From the NCBI GenBank assembly GCA_964016885.1, contig OZ024740.1:379006001-379070000 (forward strand): a DNA stretch of 64,000 bases. Direction: 5' to 3'. Position 1 is the first letter of the stretch, and each line of letters starts with the position of its first letter. Both the position numbers and the translations under genes were made by a program. Shown here piece after piece: positions 54,612 to 64,000 of the stretch. Below the pieces are notes generated by a model. That model saw nothing but the letters and a program-made list of their open reading frames with translations. It was not told the DNA's origin and made no database searches. Source of the DNA: Eledone cirrhosa. Its lineage: Eukaryota.

Positions 54612-55470
54612 GAGAAAGAGCGAGAGAGAAATTATATATATATATATTATATATATGTTATTCTTCAGGTTGATATTGTTGTTTACATATTGTTGCTGTC
54701 ATCGCTGTTGTCATTGTTGTCATTAATGCACCCAAGCCAGCCCGGGAAAGCAGAGATAGCAACAACAATAAGTATTCGAGACCGCTTGTCGTTCTCTGCG
54801 TTGTTAGAAATAACACTTAAATTCCATCAAATCACACTGCACCGACATGATAAAGAACATGTTGCATGATGTAGGAAACGAAAACGTCAGGTTTTTGTTT
54901 CGTTCCTTATCCAACGCGTTCTTTGCCATGTCGGTACGGTGTGATTTGATGGAATTTAGCTGCTATTTCTAACAACTCGGGGACGACGACAGGAGCTCTC
55001 TTTATTATTTACTGTTGTCTTCTTGTCAATGTTGTTATTGTTTAGCTCCCGGTCAACGTTAGGCAGGCACCTAAGATTAAAAGCATTTCAGTCGTGACCA
55101 TCCACTATTTTGTACAGGGTATCCAAAACCACCGTTCAATGTCCCTTTTTTTAGATGTAAACACGATAGTACAATATGACTGCTATTTCCAGCAGATAGA
55201 GCGACTATGTATACGTTTCTTCGTTTGTTTTCGTAATTGCAATTATTGTTATTGTTATATTTGAAGATGTAATCACCATCGTTGCTGTTGGCGTTAATGA
55301 TGGTGATGTTGTTTCGCCGGGTCAGCCCTGATTCAACAAACGTAGGATCAAAAGCATTCCAGCTTTGACTACATTATTCAAAGTGTCCTTATTCCTGTTT
55401 TAAGACCGCAGAATGTAGTTTATGGGGAAATTGGCTGCTATTACTAGCAGGTCAAGCGACCGCATACAGT
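53390..55470. mobile_element. Cluster of old SINE-like fragments (family C) in both orientations
   Basis: Repeated GCTAGAAATAG-NGCCAAAT...AAATCACAC motif and its reverse complement, also seen near 11590, 35790 and 63750. Confidence 0.65.
53897..54112 (+). mobile_element. SINE family A (long subfamily)
   Basis: Full length; flanked by TATCGTTGCTTA direct repeats. Confidence 0.9.
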
Positions 55471-55743
55471 CTGTCGCTGGCACGTAGTCGTTGTTGTTGT
55501 TGTTGTTGTTGTCGTCAACGTCGACGTTGTTAACAATCAGTGACAGTATTGTTGCAAGAGCTGTGTTTCACCTACTGTAGAAGCGAGGTTGATATATTGA
55601 AATGCTGCTCGTAACCGGCTCTTGGTTGGCGGGCTGGGTGGCTGGTTGTTTGGCTAGCTTGCTGTCTTATATTGGATGAACTTTCTTACTTCTTTATTTC
55701 CTAGTTTCTCAACCCCCAAACACTCTCTCTCCCATCTCTCTCG

Positions 55744-55832
<89 letters not shown>

Positions 55833-56503
55833 CCCTGTTCCACTAATTTCTCCATTGCTTCCTCACCTGTGCAGAAAAAAGTTATCATTCGCTCTTAATC
55901 ATACATACATACATACACACATACACACATACACACATACACATACACACACATACACACATGCATACACACATACATACGTACGTGTGTACATAATACC
56001 TATATACATACACGCAAACACTCACACACACTCATACACAAACTGCCTATATATCAGTAATCTTAATATTTGTAAACTACATTAGTTCCGTGGACCTTGC
56101 AGAATAAGCGGAGAAAGGAGATATTTTGAATAGGTGGTTATGATGATGGTGATGGTGATAATCGAGGTGGTGCTGTCAGTGTTGTGTTAGCGTTGGTGTG
56201 GTGTTAGCGGTGTTGTCGGTCACAGAGGCGGTGGCGGTGGTATTGGTGGTGGTGTTAGTGTTGGTGTTGATGTTGATGTTGTTGCTGGTGATTAATCGTG
56301 CATCATATCCAGAGTTCTATTGCTAAACAACTAAGCTCTGTGTAGGGAGGACTATACACTAGACTCGGAAAAGGAAGGAAAAATAAAACAGGAATAATAT
56401 CGGAAATATATATAAACAAACCGCACAAACACACATACTCGCATAGATACACGTATACGTACACATACGAAAATAGGTAGGAAAACTTCATAGAAAGATC
56501 CGG

Positions 56504-56538
56504 ATGGCAAGTAAATCGAGTAAATCTTTATCCAGAAG
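56504..56538 (+). other. Candidate first coding exon (MASKSSKSLSR) ending in a strong splice donor
   Basis: ATG GCA...AGA AG|GTAAGC in unique sequence downstream of a (CT)n tract; no homology evidence. Confidence 0.25.
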
Positions 56539-56999
56539 GTAAGCAAACTAAAATATTATATTATACTGTTATTCATATAAAATATCGCAAAATGACATTT
56601 AAACCAAAAATCAATTATTGAAATAAAAATTGAAATTCGAAGTTAATAGAAAAAAAAATGTTTAACCACTGGATCGGTGTAATTGCAGAAGCGACGTAGG
56701 ACAACATGCCTTGCCGTGCTTGTTTCGGATCTTTGCGTTTTGACGACACAGGTACTAAGCTGCATTGACCCTTGCCTTTGCCCCGGAAAACGTCGATTGC
56801 ATGGATAAGGGAGACATAATGCTTGTTATTGAAGTTACTGCTAGTCTTCCACGAAAAGAAACGCCCAAAACAAAAGAATAAATTAAAATCTAAATTAAAA
56901 AACTTGCACAAGCTTGCGCCCTATAGGCGGGTTTCATGTACAGGACAGCATTTAGTTATCGTACTATTCTCTACTTCACATTCTCTCTCTTTGGAGATC

Positions 57000-57140
57000 A
57001 GGCATAGCTGTGTGGTTAAGAGGTTTGCTTTCCAACTGCGTGCTGCTGGGTTCAGTCCCGCCGCGTGATACCTTGGGCAAGTGTCTTTTACTACAGCTAC
57101 AGCTTGACCAATGGTTTATGAGTCAAATTTGGAAGCGTGT
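57000..57140 (+). mobile_element. CORE-type tRNA-derived SINE head
   Basis: GCTGTGTGGTTAAG...GGGTTCAGTCCC followed by the CORE-like ACCTTGGGCAAGT. Confidence 0.65.
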
Positions 57141-57274
57141 CGTATAAGTATATGTGTATATATCACGCCGCGATCGCCATATCTCGATACCCACTCTGCA
57201 TCTCCCCATGCATTGAGTACTCCCATGATTAGTGATCTCACCGGTCTCATCAGCACCGTAGACTCTCTCTCTCA

Positions 57275-57309
<35 letters not shown>

Positions 57310-57332
57310 TATATATATATATATGTGTGTTT

Positions 57333-57419
<87 letters not shown>

Positions 57420-57529
57420 TGTGCGTGTGTGTCCGTCCGCGACAAAGTTTGTGTTGGACAATAAAGAACATCGATAAAATAATAAGTACCGGGGTCGATA
57501 TAAACTAGTATAAGAATAAAATACTATAT

Positions 57530-57836
57530 CAGACCTGCCAAACTCTAAAAACCCATGAAAAAAAGTGCCCTAAAACGGGGAGAAATGAGGCAAAATGGGA
57601 AGTTTTAACATAATTGTTTCTACTTTTGGCACAAGGCCAGAAAATTACCCAGTACATTACTGGTACTTTATTTTATCGACCCTGTAAGGATGAAAGGCAA
57701 AGTTAACCTCGGCGAGATTTGAATCCAGGGAGATTTAACATAATGAAAGCTATACCCATTTTCACAAGAGATGACATCCCTTACCCACCCCAAAGTGGTC
57801 GGGAGACCCCCCTGTCCGACGGGGAGAGTTGACAGG

Positions 57837-57840
<4 letters not shown>
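57530..57840. mobile_element. hAT-like MITE interrupted by a SINE family A copy (about 57612-57733, -)
   Basis: TIRs CAGACCTGCCAAACTCT / AGAGTTGACAGGTCTG; the nested SINE is flanked by the direct repeat TTTAACATAAT. Confidence 0.75.
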
Positions 57841-57886
<46 letters not shown>

Positions 57887-58496
57887 ACGCAAGTGTGTGT
57901 ATGAGTGTGGCAGGATTACAACTTGATAGATGGAAACTGTGTACTCTAGTGGAATTAGTATATAATATTGATAATTGAACAGCTGGCACACTTATAGTTG
58001 TGATATCCAGCCACATGTGTTTGTGTCCACACTCACACACGTATATATATAGGTGAGGCGTTATATTCACACGCGTACAACCCACTGTCAAATGTTAACT
58101 GAATAAGCACCAAGTACATGTAAGTAATTTATTTTCCAAAAATTATTATGGCAATGAGTCAGTCTCTTTAGACTGACTTTAGGCACCGTCGAATCACTGT
58201 AGAAATATGGATGTCACAGCAACTTTTTCCTTTGGAAAATGTGTGCCTGTGCACTTGGTGTGTGTGTGTGTGTGTATGGGTGTGTGCGTATGTTAGAGTA
58301 GACATTGTCAAAAAGGGTAAACATGTGGTGTGGTCTTGTAAACCCGACTATATGAGTCACTACATTCAGCGAATACGGTCATGCAGAGAGACCCTTGTAA
58401 AAAAAAGTATAGAAAGATCACGAAACAAGCTTTGGAGCAAAGTCAAGAATTGGACTGGGACGTAAATGGAGGGAACGACGGGGAGAAGATATACAC

Positions 58497-58606
<110 letters not shown>

Positions 58607-58794
58607 CCGGTAATAGACAATTATTAAATATATAAATAGATAAATAAATGCCATTGTTAAATAATAAATAAATCAACTAATACCTTAACACTTCACACAA
58701 AGTAAAACATTTCGTTTTAATCATTTTCTAACCCAGAAAAAAGAGAGAGAAATAAAAATATTTTTCTTCCTAATAATCGTCTCTTTCTCCCTGT

Positions 58795-58838
<44 letters not shown>

Positions 58839-58901
58839 AAAAAAGATGAAATCGAAAATGCAACTGGATTCTTTTTTTAAAATATTTATATTTATTTGGT
58901 T

Positions 58902-58939
58902 CCTTTATCGGTTTCGCAGTTCTTCTGCTTTTCAAAAGT
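58902..58939 (-). ncRNA. Minimal U3-A8 hammerhead (inverted copy)
   Basis: Reverse complement of the motif at 58992-59028. Confidence 0.65.
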
Positions 58940-58991
58940 ATGTGTGAAAAAGAGATGTGAGAAAAACCACAGACCTTTCATCTCAACTCTA

Positions 58992-59028
58992 CTTTTGAAA
59001 AGCAGAAGAACTGCGAAACCGATAAAGG
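58992..59028 (+). ncRNA. Minimal U3-A8 hammerhead
   Basis: CTT-TTGAAAA-GCAG(aagaa)CTGC-GAAA-CCGA-TA-AAGG; the stem III palindrome is broken by G>A. Confidence 0.65.
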
Positions 59029-59330
59029 AACCAAATAAATATATATATTTTAAAAAAAGAATCCAGTTGCATTTTCGATTTTATCTTTTTTCCTTACACT
59101 TTCACCCGTGTAAGACACCGGTTATTTTTCATTTTGTAAAAAAACCCTCACTTTCTAATACACACACACATATATATATATATATATGTATATATATGTA
59201 ACTATACATATATATATATATGTAACTATACATAAGGTCTATACATATATATATTATACATATATATATATATGTAACTATACATAAGGTCACTCTTGCT
59301 CTCTCTCTCTCTATATATATATATGTACTG

Positions 59331-59430
<100 letters not shown>

Positions 59431-59790
59431 TAACGTTACTTGATTGTGAATTTATATTACGAAGTAATGAGCATTCGATATGTACATAGAGGTGTAACAG
59501 TCTAAAGTCTATTTCAAGCACAAATGCTCATCAGGTCGGTGTTTAACCCGGTTTCCATGACATAAAGCATCTGGGTGTACAAGATTCCCCTATGACAGGG
59601 CGCCAGTATTAGCTAGATATTCATGGAACAACAGTTTCATAGTCTTTGTTGACAGAGCCATGTATTCTCTATAGTTAGATGTTGCATGTACGGCCTGTTA
59701 TCATTAATATTCAGCCAAGAGTTTATAGAGAAATGTGTTTCTTTTTGTTTCTGCTTTTTACAATTTTTTCTTGATAGGGAGCGATCAGCT

Positions 59791-59950
<160 letters not shown>

Positions 59951-59952
59951 GG

Positions 59953-60050
59953 TGTGTATATGTGTGTTTATATATTATTGCGTTATTGATGTATTTACCG
60001 TTCAACGAAATTGGATTTTAAAATTGTATTGCACACAGACACACACACGC

Positions 60051-60124
<74 letters not shown>

Positions 60125-60219
60125 TGTGTGTGTCTGTGTGCAATACAATTTTAAAATCCAATTTCGTTGAACGGTAAATACATCAATAACGCAATAATAT
60201 ATAAACACACATATACACA
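59953..60219. repeat. About 267-bp palindrome centred on (TA)n
   Basis: About 100-bp unique arms with no mismatch seen; the ORF track shows mirror-image ORFs on both strands. Confidence 0.95.
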
Positions 60220-60220
60220 T

Positions 60221-60283
60221 GTCCGATGAACGAATGAGGACGTTTTTCGTATTCGTCTTATTCGAGAAACCTCTGGTAATGAG
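60221..60283 (+). ncRNA. Hammerhead-like motif (CCGATGA core)
   Basis: CCGATGA-aCGAATGAGGACG..CGTCTTATTCGa-GAAA-CC(tct)GG-TA; stem I is poor. Confidence 0.5.
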
Positions 60284-60388
60284 GTAATTATATTGTATTG
60301 TTTATTATACATTAAATTTAGCTCTGGTACTTACATAGAGCACTCTTCACTCCTATGACTTTTTCAATTTTCAACGGAAACTTCAATA

Positions 60389-60427
<39 letters not shown>

Positions 60428-60443
60428 ATATATATATATATAT

Positions 60444-60581
60444 AATTGTTTCTACTTTTGGCACAAGGCCAGCAATTACCCAGTGCATTACTGGTACTTT
60501 ATTTTATCGACCCCGTAAGAATGAAAGGCAAAGTTAACCTCGGCGGGATTTGAACTCAGTTCGTAAAGGGACGTAACTACG

Positions 60582-60582
<1 letters not shown>
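60444..60582 (-). mobile_element. SINE family A, 5'-truncated
   Basis: Reverse copy in (TA)n. Confidence 0.9.
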
Positions 60583-60652
<70 letters not shown>

Positions 60653-61020
60653 GTCTCAGTAGACAGGTAATCGAGTTTCACCAATGCAGACTAATCACCC
60701 AGTGTGGATGATTAGCCAATACCATTCGTGAAACGTTCCACTCAACCCAGCTATGATAGATACAAGACCATGCTACAACATATTTGGAGTTAGTACATCA
60801 GTAATTATTTGTTTGTCGTTATAATCCTATAAATCTACCGTCCACCATGATTCTTTCACACCCCCTTTCTCTCTGTATGTACATTAATATATATATTCAT
60901 ATATGTGTGTGTTTATGTGTGTGTTGGTTAGTGTTTAGAGTTTCGGTTCACAATCGTAAGGGAATGAGTTTCATTAATGGTAGTGTTCCTGAGCATGACA
61001 CGTTATTTCATGTTATCATG

Positions 61021-61206
61021 GGGCGCTGGATTGGCAGTATCGGTAGAGGGTCGGACGCCATGCTTTCCAGCATACATACGTCCCTTTACGATCTGAGTTC
61101 AAATCCCGCCGAGGTTGACTTTGCCTTTCATCCTTACGGGGTCGATAAAATAAAGTACCAGTAATGCACTGGGTAATTGCTGGCCTTGTGCCTAAAGTAG
61201 AAACAA
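61021..61206 (+). mobile_element. SINE family A nested in a family B SINE
   Basis: 15-bp TSD TTATTTCATGTTATC at 61003-61017 and 61207-61221; the flanks match the family at 13454-13740. Confidence 0.92.
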
Positions 61207-61237
61207 TTATTTCATGTTATCCCAGTTCTCCCAACTA

Positions 61238-61269
<32 letters not shown>

Positions 61270-61483
61270 AATTCAACTCGTAATCCTAATGATCAGTTTT
61301 GTTACACATAGTGTCACACAGAATCTACCAGAATCTACGTTGAGGGTACACATGTTTGTGGACCCAGCGTTGAAACCATTTCATTTGTTTTCTCCGAATT
61401 TTAATCATTTAAAAACGAGTGCCACGCAATCTGATATATCTCCACAAAGACTGTCCCTTTAACCCAATGAATTATATAAAAAT

Positions 61484-61835
61484 CTTCTTCTTCTTCTTCT
61501 TCTTCTTCTTCTTCTTCTTCTTCTTCTTCTTGAGGGGGTCGTGGGACAGAGTATTCAAATAGTCCTCCTTCCAGCGGGTCCTGTTAGAAGCAACAGTCTC
61601 AAACTGATCCGACTGGTTCCCCAAGCGAGACCAGCCAAGTTCAACAATGTCATCCAAACAGCTTGCTTGGGGCCTACCCTTGGGTCACCTGTCGGTTGGT
61701 TTTGCTCGTAGTATCTGTCCAGCGAGTTCTTTCCTGAGACATTCTAACGACACACCCAGAGTATCGGAGCAGTGATCTCTCAATTCGGAGAAATAAGGGC
61801 TCTACCCGGAGTGACCCCCTGATATTCGAGCTACA
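61484..61835 (-). mobile_element. 5'-truncated RTE-type LINE 3' end with (GAA)n tail
   Basis: LRVEPLFLRIERS...PKGRPQ..LDDIVELGWSRLG...RTRW, followed by (GAA)n. Confidence 0.8.
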
Positions 61836-63469
61836 CACAAACAAGTGTACCCTTAACGTAATTCTCGGGTAGATACAAAATTAGAAACAAAATTCCTGTT
61901 GTGACAAATAAAGTTTCAATATTGATAATATTCTATATTTGTTCTATTAAGTGTTTCGTATTGCTTTTATGTATATGTACATATGTTTATTTGTGTGCAT
62001 GTGCATGTGTTTATGACTCGTATGATCCTGTGTGAATATTTGTCTGTGTAACGTAAGTAAAATTTACTTTCGTTTCTCCAGTGATTTGGGCCAATAAGGT
62101 TAATATGCTCATATAAAATAAAAGATCTCTATAATTGCAAATGTAGCCAATATCTATTATATATATATATGGATATTTATAAGAGAAAGAATAATTTTAA
62201 TCATACTGTAGTAATTATATAGGAATATATCTAAAAAAAAAAAACGTTTACTTTATAAACGTACCTTATACTATATTCTAAACACTAATCAATGCTTCTA
62301 AAAATAAATGTCCAGTTTTCGGGGAGAGATAATTTTTTCTGGTGAGGGTTGAAATGTCTAGATGCTTTCTCTGTCTCTTCAATAATGATTTATAAATATA
62401 TCAATCTCATGTGTATTTTAATCTCTGTCAGTGTGGACAGGTATATTATTACCTGTGAGCACTTTCTTTTTTTTATAGATCATCTGTTATCTTAGCAGTT
62501 TGGCAAAATTTCCAATGTCCAATCACCTTATAACTTCGTCACACCTGTCTAAATAATCAAGTTTGACAAATACTAGTCAGTCAGAAACATGGTGATCAAT
62601 AGTCCTACCATTGTCACTAAATATTTTGCAGTAACTTTTTTTGACATTTTATTAATGTGTTCTGTGTAGGAAGGAGTTTCACTTCATGAAACCACCAAAA
62701 GCGTTTTTTTATGTTGAGCTTCTGGGTTACTATTGTGTTTATAGTTCACTCATTACACTACCAAGTCATACCAATTGTCAATCGCACGCTTGTTTATGTT
62801 TCTTACTTACAATATTGAGGATTTCATACATTAATGTCCTGTAAATTGCAATAACATCTTATCTGTTATCATGTGGTTGTATTCGATGCTAAACTCATAT
62901 ATATAATTTTGAAGTCTTACGATTTCAGGCTGACATGAATTTGACGTTTTTGCTTTGTTCGTGTTTTCTTATTTCTATTTTAGTAATAGAAACCTATACC
63001 ATGCTTATCTTATCTTGTTTTCAGGGACCACGTTTGTCTGCCTGCCGCCCAACGTTAATAATTTACACATCGACAAGATACTGGGGTCGAATGAATTGAT
63101 ATTAATCCACTCTTTGCAATATTGCAATTGTGCCAAACAAACAAATAATCATCAATAACAACACCACCGTCATAACCTCTACAACCTATACTAAAAACAC
63201 TCCACCACCACCACCACCAGTCCCACCACCATTACCGCCACCATCACCATTACCATCATTATCATCATCATCATCATCATCCTCATCGTCATCGTCGTCG
63301 TCCTTGTTATCATCATCATCAACATCATCATCCTCATATTCCATTATTTCTTAATCAGTTTTAAAATATTATAGCGGAGAATATTGCTTTCGAGGGCGAA
63401 CTTGTTTTAAATGGTGAGCTTCAAAACATTTTATACTGTATTATTGAAACCTTTTATCTGGGTCTTCAT

Positions 63470-63612
63470 CCAGCATAGTTACGTCCCTTTACGATCTGAG
63501 TTCAAATCCCGCCGAGGTTGACTTTGCCTTTCATCCTTACGGGATCGATAAAATAAAGTACCAGTAATGCACTGGGTAATTGCTGGCCTTGTGCCTAAAG
63601 TAGAAACAATTA
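63470..63612 (+). mobile_element. SINE family A, 5'-truncated
   Basis: Nearly identical to 11103-11242. Confidence 0.9.
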
Positions 63613-64000
63613 TTAGTTTTGAAGTTTGTTTTGTATTTCTCATATTCTACTGCTTCAAAAGAATCTCCAATATCTTCATTTAGCCACTTGTTTAACCAAT
63701 ATACATGATTAACGAAGGATATTTTACGTTGACACTTGAACTGCTGCTAGAAATAGCTGTCAACTCATCCCCAAATCACATGCTTATTATATAAACAAGG
63801 TAAAATATGAGTTGGCCATGACTGTAATGCCTTTGATCAATGGTCTACTCAAACATGGTTGACCTGGTGTTGAGCATCAACAACAAAAAGTAGTTATCAT
63901 ATTAAAATATTCCTCTGCAATTAGTATTAAAAAAATATTTTATTTAGACACCAATTGGTTGCAATATAATATTTAGAATCTAGACATTCACAACGTTTTC

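Larger units (their letters stand above)
58836..59159 (+). mobile_element. Solo Penelope terminal repeat preceded by its own partial inverted copy
   Basis: 58955-59159 is homologous to 21298-21511; 58836-58940 is the reverse complement of about 58990-59095. Confidence 0.85.

Noticed and set aside
63130-63354. Pro/Ser-rich ORF
   Set aside because: (CCA)n/(TCA)n low-complexity tract.

Overview
This is AT-rich, microsatellite-saturated animal genomic DNA, intronic or intergenic. The SINE and repeat landscape suggests a coleoid cephalopod such as Octopus (inference, not verified). No intact host protein-coding gene is recognisable, and most ORFs in the track are microsatellite translations. Mobile elements include a full-length but frameshifted RTE-clade LINE with a 12-bp TSD (42712-46344, -), two R4/Dong-type RLE retrotransposon 3' ends stacked in (TAA)n, a GC-rich CRE-clade fragment, decayed mariner and hAT transposons, several MITEs, and more than a dozen copies of one tRNA-derived SINE. 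The most striking signal is about 15 hammerhead-ribozyme (HHR) motifs from many unrelated sequence families. They lie in Penelope-like (GIY-YIG) remnants or in short, often fold-back, non-coding cassettes inserted in (TA)n tracts. Two independent families carry the compensatory U3-A8 core (UUGANAA). All structures were folded by eye; coordinates are hand-counted and may be off by a few bases.
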